Positions 16,330 through 26,377 of a DNA stretch of 64,000 nucleotides are shown in pieces. The notes under the pieces are model-generated. The model made no database searches. It worked only from the letters and a program-made list of their open reading frames with translations, and had not been told where the DNA came from. The stretch is taken from NCBI GenBank assembly GCA_040255825.1, contig JBDZVS010000001.1, forward strand, positions 2,867 through 66,866. Reading direction: 5' to 3'. The first letter of the stretch is position 1. Each line of letters begins with the position of its first letter. The position numbers were made by a program, and so were the translations under genes. The DNA is from Hyphomicrobiales bacterium (lineage in GTDB: Bacteria > Pseudomonadota > Alphaproteobacteria > Micropepsales > Micropepsaceae).

Positions 16330-17204
16330 GCGGCCATTTGCCGCCCGAATGCGTGTGGGCGCTGGGCTGCGAATTGGGCGAAGGCCCGATCTGGTGGCGC
16401 GGCAGGATCTGGTTCACCGACATCAAGGGCTGCCGGGTTCACTGCTTCGATCCGGCCTCAGGCACCGGCAAAAGCTGGGATGCGCCCGCGCCGGTGGGCT
16501 TCCTGGCGCCGCTGGAAAACGGTCATTTCATTGCCGGGGCCAAGACGGGATTGATGACGTTCGATCCGCAGAGCGGCACCTTCTCGCCGCCCGCCGCCGT
16601 CGAGCCGCATCTGCCCGGCAACCGGCTGAATGACGGGGCAGTGGATGGCGCCGGCCGGCTTTGGTTCGGATCGATGGATGACGACGAAGCCGATGCCAGC
16701 GGCGCCCTCTATCGCTTGACCGAGGCCGGCCCGACCGTGATGGACAGCGACATCGTCATCACCAACGGTCCCGCCTTCAGCCCGGACGGGCGCACGCTCT
16801 ATCACACCGATACGCTGGGCAGGACCATCCATGCCTTCGATCTGGCAGATGACGGCACGCTGTCGAACAGGCGGCTGTTCGTGACCATCGAGGACGGCGC
16901 CGGCTGGCCTGATGGTCCGGTGGTGGACAGCGAAGGCTTCGTGTGGACCGGCCTGTTCGGCGGCTGGGCGGCACGCCGCTACGCCCCGGACGGCACGCTG
17001 GTCGATGAGCTGCGCTTTCCCGTCGCCAATGTCACCAAGCTGGCCTTCGGCGGCGGCGATCTGAAGACGGTCTATGCCACCACGGCATGGAAAGGCCTGG
17101 ATCAGGCGCAGCGGGCCGCCCAGCCCTTGGCGGGCGGGCTGTTCCGCTTCCATGCTGATGTGCCCGGCCAGCCCCAACAGGCGGCGAAAATCATTCCCCC
17201 CTGA
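16320..17204 (+). CDS. xylC: xylonolactonase / SMP-30 gluconolactonase family (XylC type); start ATG 16320 or TTG 16326
   Basis: CELGEGPIW, NRLNDG, LWFGSMD, ITNGPAFSPDG, GWPDG and TKLAFGG. Overlaps the xylB stop. Confidence 0.82.
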   Translation: MGLSGHLPPECVWALGCELGEGPIWWRGRIWFTDIKGCRVHCFDPASGTGKSWDAPAPVGFLAPLENGHFIAGAKTGLMTFDPQSGTFSPPAAVEPHLPGNRLNDGAVDGAGRLWFGSMDDDEADASGALYRLTEAGPTVMDSDIVITNGPAFSPDGRTLYHTDTLGRTIHAFDLADDGTLSNRRLFVTIEDGAGWPDGPVVDSEGFVWTGLFGGWAARRYAPDGTLVDELRFPVANVTKLAFGGGDLKTVYATTAWKGLDQAQRAAQPLAGGLFRFHADVPGQPQQAAKIIPP

Positions 17205-18831
17205 ACGGATCGGCCATGAAGCCGCGCTCCTTGTAAGTGAAGTACCGGAAGTCGGCGGGATTGGCCGTGCCCGCCATGTCCTGGCATGCCATGCCGACAA
17301 AGGCGCCGGTGAAGTTTGGCGTGCCGGGCGCCTGTGCCTCGTCCGACAGGATGGAGGCGTCGAAGACCTCCGGCAACCTCTGCCAGGCGCCATCGCCGAC
17401 GCGATACGCGAACAGCAGGCGTTCATCGTCGATCTCGGCCCGTAGGGTGATGGGACCCCCCGGAATGGAAACGGGCGCGGTGAAGGCGTCGGCCATCACC
17501 GAATCGGGCAGCGCCGACATCACCCGCAGGTGCCGCCCATATGTCTCGTCATGGCTGACATGGAGATAGTGGAACTTGCTGCCGTTGTAATAGCAGATCA
17601 GCCCCGCCATCTGCTGGTAATGGGCGGGCGTGAAATCCATCCCGGTCTCGATGCTCGCATGATGGACCCGAAGCCGACGCGCCACCAGGCCCTGGCGGAA
17701 CAGGCTGCCGATGCTTTCGCGGCCATATATGCGCAAGTGGCCGGGCCGCGCCGCCAGGCTGAACAGCTCTGCGGGGAAGGGCGAGCGCAGCCACTGGAAA
17801 TCGATCGGCAGTTCGGGGCCGGTGAAATCGGCGCGCGCCGCCGCCGCCGGGAAAGGGTGCGCGGGCAGGGCCGGGGCCGGCGTGGTCGATGCGGGCATGG
17901 CGTTACCCGTCTCGGTGTAAAGCCAGCCATCGTCGCGCCATGCCATCTTCTGGATCGCGGTCTCGCGCCCCAGGATGCAGCGGCCGCGATTCTTCAGCGG
18001 CCGCCCACACAGATAGACCATGTAGGTGTCGCCTGCTTGCGTCTCCACCAGGTCGGCATGGCCGGCGCGCTGAAACGGCGCGTCCGGCTTGTCGCGCGCC
18101 GTCAGGATATGCGCGTGCGGATGCAGGTCGTATGGCCCGAGCAGGTTTCTCGACCGCGCCAGCGTCACGGCATGACCCCAACCGGTGCCGCCTTCCGCCG
18201 TCAGCAGATAATAATAGCCGCCGCGCCTGTAGAGATGCGGGCCTTCGGTCAGGCCCAGTGGCGTGCCGGCGAAGATGTTGACGCGCGCGCCGATCAGTTT
18301 CCTTTCGGCCAGCGAATATTCCTGCGCCACGATGCCGGCGAAACGGTTCCTGCCGGGGCGATGGTCCCACAGCATGTTGACCAGCCATTTGCGCCCATCA
18401 TCATCGTGGAACAGCGACGGATCGAAGCCGCTGCTGTTCAGGTAAACCGGATCGGACCATTCGCCGTCGATGGCCTGTGCCGTCACCACATAATTATGGA
18501 AGTCGCGCAGCGATGCCCCCGCCGCCCCGCCGACCGACGTGCGGCCATAGCGCTTCACGTCCGTATAGACCAGGTGGAACAGCCGGCCGTCATGGCTCAG
18601 GCACGGCGCCCAGATGCCGCAGGAATCGGGATCGCCCAGCATGTTGAGCTGGCCCGGACGCCTCAGCGGCCGCGTCAGCAGCCGCCAATGCACCAGGTCG
18701 CGGGAATGGTGGATCTGCACGCCGGGGAACCACTCGAAGGTCGAGGTGGCGATGTAATAGTCGTCCCCCACCCGCAGGATCGAGGGGTCGGGATTGAACC
18801 CCGGCAGGATGGGATTGCGTATCTCAGCCAT
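17191..18831 (-). CDS. GH43 beta-xylosidase/alpha-arabinofuranosidase with C-terminal ConA-like domain; no signal peptide
   Basis: RNPILPGFNPDPSI, ATSTFEWFPGV, WAPCLS, GFDPSLF, TEGPHLY, AGHADLV and FTGAFVGM. Confidence 0.9.
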   Translation of the reverse strand: MAEIRNPILPGFNPDPSILRVGDDYYIATSTFEWFPGVQIHHSRDLVHWRLLTRPLRRPGQLNMLGDPDSCGIWAPCLSHDGRLFHLVYTDVKRYGRTSVGGAAGASLRDFHNYVVTAQAIDGEWSDPVYLNSSGFDPSLFHDDDGRKWLVNMLWDHRPGRNRFAGIVAQEYSLAERKLIGARVNIFAGTPLGLTEGPHLYRRGGYYYLLTAEGGTGWGHAVTLARSRNLLGPYDLHPHAHILTARDKPDAPFQRAGHADLVETQAGDTYMVYLCGRPLKNRGRCILGRETAIQKMAWRDDGWLYTETGNAMPASTTPAPALPAHPFPAAAARADFTGPELPIDFQWLRSPFPAELFSLAARPGHLRIYGRESIGSLFRQGLVARRLRVHHASIETGMDFTPAHYQQMAGLICYYNGSKFHYLHVSHDETYGRHLRVMSALPDSVMADAFTAPVSIPGGPITLRAEIDDERLLFAYRVGDGAWQRLPEVFDASILSDEAQAPGTPNFTGAFVGMACQDMAGTANPADFRYFTYKERGFMADPFRGE

Positions 18832-20068
18832 GGGGCTTGCGTATCACGGTCCACGCCACAACGGCAGCCGCCAGGTCCAGCGCCGCCAGCGCGGCGAAGA
18901 ACGGAGCATAGCCGATGCTGTCCACCAGCCCGCCGATCAGCAGCGACGAGATCAGGATGCCCAGATTGGCGCAGGTGCCCGCCATCCCCGCCACCGTGCC
19001 CACTTCGTTCCTGGGGAACAGGTCGGTAGCCATGGTGATCATGGTGACCGACAGGGTCTGGTGGGCGAAGCCGGCCAGCGAGATCAGCGCCACCGCCACC
19101 AGCGCATTCTGCACAACGCCGGTAAAGGCGACGCCAATCATCAGGATCGCGCCCAGCGTGAAGGCGCCGCGCCGCGCGTCGATCAGGTCCAGGCCGCGCC
19201 TTTCCAGGAACAGGACCACCGCCGGCCCGAAAATACAGCCCAGGTCGGCGGCCAGGAACGGCAGCCAGGCGTAAAGCGCGATCTGCTTCAGGTCGAAGCC
19301 GCGCACCGTGGTCAGGTACAGCGGCACCCAGAAGCTCAGCATGCCCCAGGTGGGATCGGTCAGGAAACGGGGCAGGGCGATGCCCCAGAAATTGCGCCGC
19401 CGCATGATGGACAGCACCGGCGGCTTGCGGCCTTCGTCCGCCAGGAACTTCTCCTGTCCGGCTTCGATGTGGCGGCGCTCTTGCTCCGACAGTGCGGGAT
19501 GCTTGGCGACGGGATGATAGAACGCCAGCCACAACGCCACCCACACCATGCTCACCGCGCCGACAATGACGAACGAGGCCTGCCAACTGTAGTTCAGGAT
19601 CGCCCAGGCGATCAGCGGCGGCGCCAGCATCGAGCCGATGGACGGCCCGATATTGTAGAGGCCGCCGGCCAGTCCGCGCTCCTTGGCCGGAAACCATTCC
19701 GACACCACTTTCAGTCCGCCCGGCGAAAAAGCGCCTTCGGCAAAACCCAGGGCGCCGCGCAGCCCCGCCAGCATCTGCCAGTTGGTGGCCAGGCCATGCG
19801 CCATGCAGATCGCCGACCAGGCAAAGGCGAACACGGCAAAGCCCGTCTTCACCCCCAGCACGTCGATGATGTAGCCCACCACCGGCTGCAGCATGATCGT
19901 TCCCTGGAAGGCAGCGGTGATCCAGCCATACTGTTCGGTGCTGATGTGCAGGTCGGCGATCACGGTGGGCGCCGCCACCGACAGGGTTTGGCGCGACAGG
20001 AAGTTGACCATCGCGCCCACCATGATCAGCGCGATCGTCAGCCAGCGAATCCCGAAATAGCGGCGCAT
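18824..20068 (-). CDS. MFS transporter, ExuT/ACS (hexuronate) type
   Basis: About 12 hydrophobic segments. NFLSRQTLSVAAP, EWFPAKERGLAGGLYNIG, RFLTDPTWGMLSFWVP and DLFPRNEVGTV. Confidence 0.85.
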   Translation of the reverse strand: MRRYFGIRWLTIALIMVGAMVNFLSRQTLSVAAPTVIADLHISTEQYGWITAAFQGTIMLQPVVGYIIDVLGVKTGFAVFAFAWSAICMAHGLATNWQMLAGLRGALGFAEGAFSPGGLKVVSEWFPAKERGLAGGLYNIGPSIGSMLAPPLIAWAILNYSWQASFVIVGAVSMVWVALWLAFYHPVAKHPALSEQERRHIEAGQEKFLADEGRKPPVLSIMRRRNFWGIALPRFLTDPTWGMLSFWVPLYLTTVRGFDLKQIALYAWLPFLAADLGCIFGPAVVLFLERRGLDLIDARRGAFTLGAILMIGVAFTGVVQNALVAVALISLAGFAHQTLSVTMITMATDLFPRNEVGTVAGMAGTCANLGILISSLLIGGLVDSIGYAPFFAALAALDLAAAVVAWTVIRKPHG

Positions 20069-20145
20069 CCCAGTCTCCCCTTCCGCCCCGCGGGACGGCC
20101 CCCATTCTTGTTTTCACGCGCCCGGTTGAGCGTCCAGCGCGGAAA

Positions 20146-20159
20146 TGGTAACGGTAACT
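20146..20159. promoter_or_regulatory. second XylR-like LacI operator, in the divergent MFS/aguA gap
   Basis: TGGTAACGGTAACT matches TGGTAGCGCTAACA (the reverse complement of the XylR site) at 11 of 14 positions. Confidence 0.55.
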
Positions 20160-20217
20160 TCAGTTCGCGCCAAGACCAATATGGCAGTGCGGGCTTATTG
20201 TCCCCTCCGAATGAAGG

Positions 20218-22386
20218 ATGGCGCAAGATAGGCGCATGAAGGCACGGCTTGGCATCGTCTTTGGCCTGGCATTGACGCTGATGTGGCTGGTGGCGGCGAG
20301 CGCGCCGGCGCGCGCGGAAAGCGGCTATGATTTGTGGCTGCGCTATCAGCCGGTGGAAGACGATTATGCCGCCGCCAATCCTGTGACGGCGCTGGTCACC
20401 GGCTATCGCTCGCCCACCCTGGATGCGGCGGCGTGGGAGCTGCTGCGCGGACTGACAGGCCTGTTGGGCGAAGTGCCCGCGCGAAGCTCGGCAGTGACGG
20501 CCGACGGAGCGCTGGTGATTGGCACCCCGAAATCGGCGCCGGCGATCGCGGCCCTGAACCTGCCGCTGCAGGCGCTGGGGAATGAGGGCTATCTGATCCG
20601 CAGCGTCACTATCGACGGGCACAGGGCGACGGTGATCGCGGCCAACAGCGATGTCGGTGTGCTCTATGGCGCCTTCGCCTTCCTGCGCCTGATCCAGACG
20701 CGCTCGCCGCTGGCGCACCTGGACATTTCATCCGTGCCCAGGACGAAGCTGCGGGTCCTGGACCACTGGGACAATCTGAACGGCACGGTCGAGCGCGGCT
20801 ATGCCGGCGCCTCGATCTGGGACTGGCCGGCGCTGCCCGAGCATGTCTCGCGCCGCATCATCGACTATGCCCGCGCCAACGCCTCCATCGGCATCAACGG
20901 CACGGTGGTCAACAACGTCAATGCCGATGCCGCCTTCCTGACGACGGAATACATAGAAAAGGAAAAGGCGCTGGCCGACGCCTTGCGCCGCTTCGGCATC
21001 CGGCTCTATCTGTCGGTGCACTGGAGCGCGCCGATCGAGCTGGGCGGCCTGAAGACCGCCGACCCCCTGGACCCGGCGGTGAAGGCCTGGTGGCAGGCCA
21101 AGGCGGACGAAATCTATCGCGCCATTCCCGATTTCGGCGGTTTTCTGGTGAAGGCCAATTCCGAGGGCCAGCCGGGGCCGCAGGATTATCACCGCACCCA
21201 CGCCGACGGCGCCAACATGATCGCCGATGTTCTGGCGCCCCATCACGGCGTGGTGATGTGGCGCGCCTTCGTCTATGCCAACGATCCCAAGGTCGACCGC
21301 GCCACCACCGCCTATCGCGAATTCGTGCCGCTGGACGGCAGGTTCCGCGACAATGTGGTGTTGCAGGTCAAGAACGGCCCGCTGGACTTCCAGCCGCGCG
21401 AGCCTTTTTCGCCGCTGTTCGGGGCGATGCCCAAGACCTCGCTGATGATGGAATTCCAGATCACCAAGGAATATCTGGGCCAGCAGACGCACCTGGCCTA
21501 TCTGGGCACGCTGTATGAGGAAGCCCTGAAATCCGACACCTATGAGCATGGCCCCGGATCGACCGTGGCCCAGGTGATCGACGGCAGCCTGGACCATCAT
21601 CCGATTTCCGGCATCGCGGGCGTGGCCAATATCGGCAACGACGCCGACTGGTGCGGCTCCATCTTCAACCAGGCCAACTGGTATGTCTTCGGCCGTATGG
21701 CCTGGGACCCCGAGATTTCGGCGCGCGCGGTGGCGGACGAATGGGTGCGCCAGACCTTCACCAACGATCCGGCCTTTGTCGCGCCGGTGGTGGACATGAT
21801 GATGAAAAGCCGCGAGGCGGTGGTGGACTACATGACCCCGCTCGGCCTGGCGATGATCATGGCGCATGGCCATCACATGGGACCGGGCCCCTGGGACACG
21901 ATCGGCCCGCGCGAGGACTGGAAGGCGCCCTATTACCATCGCGCCGACGCGGCCGGCATCGGCTTCGACCGCGTCGCCAGCGGCTATGTCGCGCAGTATC
22001 ACTCGCCTTTGAAGGAACAGTTCGCCGACATCGCCACGACGCCGGAAGACCTGCTGCTGTGGTTCCATCACGTCTCCTGGGACTACAGGATGAAGTCCGG
22101 CCGCACCCTGTGGCAGGAGCTGGTCGCGCGCTACCAGCGCGGCGTCGATGCGGTGGCGGCGATGCAGGCAAGCTGGGCGAAGCTGGCCGGGATGGTCGAT
22201 CCCGAACGCTATGCCCAGGTGCGCGACTTCCTGGCCATCCAGCACCGCGAGGCGATCTGGTGGCGCGACGCGTGCCTCGCCTATTTCCAGCAATTCTCCA
22301 AACGGCCCTTCCCGGACGGTTACAGACCGAAATATCCGCTGTCCTATTACGAGAAGATGCCCTACGGCGCCTCGCCCAAGCCGTGA
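20218..22386 (+). CDS. aguA: GH67 alpha-glucuronidase with Sec signal peptide (start 20218 or 20236)
   Basis: AESGYDLWLRY, RVLDHWDNL, YARANASIGING, LVKANSEGQPGP, VMWRAFVY, QVKNGPLDFQPREP and EFQITKEYLGQ. Confidence 0.95.
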   Translation: MAQDRRMKARLGIVFGLALTLMWLVAASAPARAESGYDLWLRYQPVEDDYAAANPVTALVTGYRSPTLDAAAWELLRGLTGLLGEVPARSSAVTADGALVIGTPKSAPAIAALNLPLQALGNEGYLIRSVTIDGHRATVIAANSDVGVLYGAFAFLRLIQTRSPLAHLDISSVPRTKLRVLDHWDNLNGTVERGYAGASIWDWPALPEHVSRRIIDYARANASIGINGTVVNNVNADAAFLTTEYIEKEKALADALRRFGIRLYLSVHWSAPIELGGLKTADPLDPAVKAWWQAKADEIYRAIPDFGGFLVKANSEGQPGPQDYHRTHADGANMIADVLAPHHGVVMWRAFVYANDPKVDRATTAYREFVPLDGRFRDNVVLQVKNGPLDFQPREPFSPLFGAMPKTSLMMEFQITKEYLGQQTHLAYLGTLYEEALKSDTYEHGPGSTVAQVIDGSLDHHPISGIAGVANIGNDADWCGSIFNQANWYVFGRMAWDPEISARAVADEWVRQTFTNDPAFVAPVVDMMMKSREAVVDYMTPLGLAMIMAHGHHMGPGPWDTIGPREDWKAPYYHRADAAGIGFDRVASGYVAQYHSPLKEQFADIATTPEDLLLWFHHVSWDYRMKSGRTLWQELVARYQRGVDAVAAMQASWAKLAGMVDPERYAQVRDFLAIQHREAIWWRDACLAYFQQFSKRPFPDGYRPKYPLSYYEKMPYGASPKP

Positions 22387-22434
22387 CCGTCGTGCCCCCC
22401 ACCGCGCAAGGTGCGGCCGCAGGGTAAACCCCGA

Positions 22435-22521
22435 CAGACTCATGCTTCGGCAGACTCATGCTTCGGCAGGCCCAGCATGAGGGATTTCATTTTCCTCACC
22501 CTGAGCTTGTCGAAGGGTGAG
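22435..22521. repeat. REP-like inverted pair (family A) with a 16-bp tandem duplication
   Basis: CAGACTCATGCTTCGG occurs twice (22435-22466). CTCATGCTTCGGCAGGCCCAGCATGAGG faces CCTCACCCTGAGCTTGTCGAAGGGTGAG. Located between convergent genes. Confidence 0.7.
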
Positions 22522-23361
22522 CTAAATCTGTTTGAGCAGCCAGCGCACCGACCGGCGCTGAATCTCCAGATAGGTGGGATTCCACATGGCATGGATGGTG
22601 TGGCCCACGGCGGTGAAGACCACGCGTCCCTTGCCATAGTCATAGGCCCAGCCCGCCGGCGACCGGGTTCCCAGCTTGCGCCCGCCGGTCTCATAGGTCA
22701 GGCCGTCGCGGTTCTCCGATTCCAGGATCAGGTTGCGCGGGTCCTTGTCGTATTCGACGTAATGCTGCTCGTCATTGACCATGAAGGGCGGCAGGCCCGC
22801 CGTGATCGGGTGGCTGCTCTTGGTCGGATGGACCTCGAAGGGCCGCAAGGGCGGATGGCCGATATAGGCGCCGCCCATGACGTCGCGATAGGCCTTGCAG
22901 GACAGCGAGATGTGGCTGGCATTGTGCAGCGGATAGAAGCCGCCGCCGGCGTTGACGAAATCCTTGATCGCCTGGCCTTGGCTCTCGCGCATCCAGGTGA
23001 TGGGCTTGGGCGCGGGAAAATCGTCCTTGTTTTCCAGGTCGGCTTCATAGGCTGCATAGGCGTCCGGTCCCAGATAGCCGCCCGGCCAGATCATGCCGTC
23101 GCGCAGGATCAGGAAGATCTGATAGGGCCTCAGCAGCGCCGCCGACAGCGCGCCGTAATCCATCGTGTAGTCGATGGCGACGCCCAGCGGGCCGAACATC
23201 TTGTCCAGGCTGACGCGGATATAATCGGGATTGTGATAGCGGTCGCCCACCAGCGCCAGCGCGCGCGGCCGGGTCTGTGCGATCGCAGGCGCGCAGGCAA
23301 GGCCGGCGGCGACCCCGCCGATCACGGCGCGACGCGAAATCCTTTCTGTCTTTCCTGTCAT
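22522..23361 (-). CDS. ThuA-like (class I glutamine amidotransferase fold) protein with Tat signal
   Basis: ISRRAVIGG twin-arginine motif, FVNAGGGFYPLH, MGGAYIGHP, HPITAGLPPFMVNDEQH and YGKGRVVFTAVGH. Confidence 0.8.
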   Translation of the reverse strand: MTGKTERISRRAVIGGVAAGLACAPAIAQTRPRALALVGDRYHNPDYIRVSLDKMFGPLGVAIDYTMDYGALSAALLRPYQIFLILRDGMIWPGGYLGPDAYAAYEADLENKDDFPAPKPITWMRESQGQAIKDFVNAGGGFYPLHNASHISLSCKAYRDVMGGAYIGHPPLRPFEVHPTKSSHPITAGLPPFMVNDEQHYVEYDKDPRNLILESENRDGLTYETGGRKLGTRSPAGWAYDYGKGRVVFTAVGHTIHAMWNPTYLEIQRRSVRWLLKQI

Positions 23362-23408
23362 GTTTTTCCCCTGCCTTGCCCTGACTATAAGCCGCACCGG
23401 GCACAAAG

Positions 23409-23451
23409 CTGTAGACGCCGTGCCATGCGGCAGCCAAGATGATGTATACAA
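23409..23451. promoter_or_regulatory. candidate GntR-family operators
   Basis: CTGTAGAC (23409) and ATGTATACAA (23442-23451) lie in the divergent gap. Similar boxes occur at 26315 (TTGTCTACAG) and 33578 (TAGTATACAA). Confidence 0.45.
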
Positions 23452-23498
23452 AATACAGGCGGGGCCGCGACCGCCGCGCCGCGGAGGACCAGAAACAC

Positions 23499-25454
23499 AT
23501 GGCTTTGATCTCATCCAGGCGGCTCGCCGCACTCGCCGTCATGGCCACGGTTGTGGCCGTCGGCCTTGCCGCCTGCGACCAGAACAAGAGCTACAGCCAC
23601 AAGGGCGGACCGGTGGATGGCTGGCCGGTCTGGGGCCATGGCGCGCAAGGCCAGCGCTACAGCGCCAACACCCAGATCACGCCCGAGAATGTGAAGGACC
23701 TGAAAGTCGCCTGGACCTACCGCACCGGCGACCTGTCGGCTCCGGGCGAGGTGAAGAACCTGGCATTTGAAGCCACGCCCATCCTGGCCAACAACACGCT
23801 CTATCTGTGCAGCCCGCGCAACCGCATCGCCGCGCTCGATCCGCGGACCGGGCGGCAGAAATGGATGCGCGACCTCAAGCCCGACACCAACGGCGCCACC
23901 GTCATCGTCTGTCGCGGCGTCTCTTACTGGAAGGACAGCACCGCTCCCGCCGACGCCTTCTGCGCCCAGCGCATCTTCGCCGGCACCATCGACGGCAGGA
24001 TGTGGGCCCTGGACGCCAACACCGGCAAGCCCTGTCCGGGTTTCGGCACCAATGGCGTGGTCAATCTGCAGGCCGACCTTGGCTATGTGGAAAAGCCGGG
24101 CCTCTATGGAATTTCGTCGGCGCCCACCATCGTGGGCGACAAGGTGATCACCGGCTCCAAGATCATCGACTTCCACAATATCGACATGCCCGGCGGCGTG
24201 GTGCGCGCGCTGGATGCACGCACCGGCGCCCTGGTGTGGGCCTTCACCGCCGCGCCGCCCAGCACGCACCCCGATCCCACCACGAATGTCGCGCCGGACG
24301 AGGGCGGACATTACCCGCGCAGCGCGCCCAATGTGTGGGCGCCCATGTCCGTCGATGCCGAGCACCGGCTGATCTATCTGCCCACCGGCACGCCGCAGAT
24401 CGACGCGGTTCTGGGCAAGGGCGACTGGGACTATTACGGCTCTTCCGTCGTCGCGCTGAACGTCGATACGGGTGCGGTGGTGTGGCACTACCAGTTCGTG
24501 CACAAGGACATCTGGGACTATGACACGCCGGCCCAGCCCTTGCTGTTCGATTACAAGGCGCCCGACGGGAAGGTGATCCCGGCGCTCGCCCAGGCTACCA
24601 AGATGGGCTACATCTTCGTGCTCAACCGCCTGACGGGCGAGCCCATCTTCCCGGTGAAGGAGACGCCGGTCTCCACCGGCGGCCTGCAAAAGGGCCTGTC
24701 GCCCACCCAGCCGATCCCGGTGCTGCCCGAGCATCAGATCACGATCACCAGGATGACCGACAAGGACATGTTCGGTTTCGCGCTGGTCGACAAATGGGAC
24801 TGTCAGCGCCGCTTCAACAAGCTGAAGAATGACGGCATCTTCACGCCCTTCTATGCGCAGTCCAGCGTCGACTATCCGGTCAGCGTGGGCGGCATGGACT
24901 GGGGCGGCCTCACCTTCGATCCCAAGCGCAATATCCTGGTGGTCAATTCCAACAATGTGCTGGGCGCTCATCATCTGGCGCCGCACGCGGGCCCGGACGG
25001 CTATTCGCCGCTGATCGGCACGCCCTATCGGCAGGTCTATGATGACATGATGAGCATGTTCGGCGCGCCCTGCAACGCGCCGCCCTGGGGCAAGCTGGCC
25101 GGCATCGACATCACCACCGGCAAGAAGATCTGGGAGGTGCCGCTGGGCACCACCAGGGACGAGGCGCCCTGGCCGTTGTGGTTTCATCTGGGCGTACCCA
25201 ACCAGGGCGGCGCCATCACCACCGCCTCGGGCCTGACCTTCATCGCCGCCACGACGGATCGCTATTTCAGGGCCTTCTCCACCGAGACGGGCAAGGAGTT
25301 GTGGCGCGTCAGCCTGCCGGCGGCGGGCCAGTCCATGCCGATGACCTACCGGCTGGACAGCGACGGCAAGCAGTATGTGGTGATTGCCGCGGGCGGACAT
25401 TCGGCGTTACACAACAAGCAGGGCGATTACGTGATCGCCTATGCGTTGCCTTGA
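23499..25454 (+). CDS. PQQ-dependent dehydrogenase (glucose/quinate family lacking the N-terminal TM domain), predicted lipoprotein
   Basis: Lipobox VGLAAC. QRYSANTQITPENVKDLKVAW, FEATP, CRGVSYW, PNVWAPMSVD, HKDIWDYD and GGAITTASGLTF, with Trp-docking beta-propeller repeats. Confidence 0.88.
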   Translation: MALISSRRLAALAVMATVVAVGLAACDQNKSYSHKGGPVDGWPVWGHGAQGQRYSANTQITPENVKDLKVAWTYRTGDLSAPGEVKNLAFEATPILANNTLYLCSPRNRIAALDPRTGRQKWMRDLKPDTNGATVIVCRGVSYWKDSTAPADAFCAQRIFAGTIDGRMWALDANTGKPCPGFGTNGVVNLQADLGYVEKPGLYGISSAPTIVGDKVITGSKIIDFHNIDMPGGVVRALDARTGALVWAFTAAPPSTHPDPTTNVAPDEGGHYPRSAPNVWAPMSVDAEHRLIYLPTGTPQIDAVLGKGDWDYYGSSVVALNVDTGAVVWHYQFVHKDIWDYDTPAQPLLFDYKAPDGKVIPALAQATKMGYIFVLNRLTGEPIFPVKETPVSTGGLQKGLSPTQPIPVLPEHQITITRMTDKDMFGFALVDKWDCQRRFNKLKNDGIFTPFYAQSSVDYPVSVGGMDWGGLTFDPKRNILVVNSNNVLGAHHLAPHAGPDGYSPLIGTPYRQVYDDMMSMFGAPCNAPPWGKLAGIDITTGKKIWEVPLGTTRDEAPWPLWFHLGVPNQGGAITTASGLTFIAATTDRYFRAFSTETGKELWRVSLPAAGQSMPMTYRLDSDGKQYVVIAAGGHSALHNKQGDYVIAYALP

Positions 25455-25483
25455 GGGATGCCGTGGAAAGGCCGATCGACCCG

Positions 25484-26194
25484 ATGACGCCAGACGGCGA
25501 CCCACCCCCGGCGGCTCCGCCCACCCTGCGCGCGCATGTGGTCAGGATGCTGCGGGCGGATATTCTGGCGGGCAAGTACAAGCCCGGCGACCGGCTGAAC
25601 GAAAGCCAGATCGCGCGCGAGCTGAACATCAGTCGTATCCCCGTGCGCGAGGCGCTGTCCCAGCTTCAGGAACAGGGGCTGGTGGTCAACCGCGAGCGCC
25701 GCGGCATGTTCGTGATGGACCTGGACGCCGAGGAAGTGCTGCAGATTTCCTCGCTGCGCATCATCCTGGAGACTGAGGCGATCAAGCTGGCGCGCAGCCG
25801 CATGACCCCCGGCATTCTCGCCCAGCTCGAAAAGCTGATGCAGCAGATGGAAGCCTGGAACGGCACCCTGCTGGATGCCGCCGCGCTGGACCTGGAATTC
25901 CATCGCACCATCTGGCGCGCCACCGGCAACCCCTATCTGGAGCGGGCGCTCAACACGCTGATGGTGCCGATGTTCGCGCACAAGACGCTGGAGCATGTCA
26001 GCCAGGAGATACGGCGCTGGCGGCTCAGCCATCACCGCGCGCTGCTGGATGTGGTGGCGGGGATTTCTGACGCCGATCCGCAGGAATCGCTGCTGACGCA
26101 TCTGCGGATGTCCTACACCGAGCCCGAACGGTACTCGACTCTTGCCAAGAATCCCCCGCCGGAAAGCCGCCAGGACGAATCTGACAAAATTTAA
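25484..26194 (+). CDS. GntR-family regulator (FCD/FadR subfamily)
   Basis: LRADILAGKYKPGDRLNESQIARELNISRIPVREALSQL winged helix, followed by an FCD domain with DLEFHRTI. Confidence 0.9.
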   Translation: MTPDGDPPPAAPPTLRAHVVRMLRADILAGKYKPGDRLNESQIARELNISRIPVREALSQLQEQGLVVNRERRGMFVMDLDAEEVLQISSLRIILETEAIKLARSRMTPGILAQLEKLMQQMEAWNGTLLDAAALDLEFHRTIWRATGNPYLERALNTLMVPMFAHKTLEHVSQEIRRWRLSHHRALLDVVAGISDADPQESLLTHLRMSYTEPERYSTLAKNPPPESRQDESDKI

Positions 26195-26377
26195 ATGCGC
26201 TCAAAGTGTCGCCGGATTTCGCCTCTGCAAAAGGAATGATGCGCGCGATGGCATTCAGGGTGGCAACATGTCCGCTGGCAAATGCGCTGGCCGGCTACTA
26301 AGCTGCAACGTATATTGTCTACAGAGACGGGGCATAAAGAACCTGTCGGGACAGTTTCAGGAGAGGGACGCGAACCC

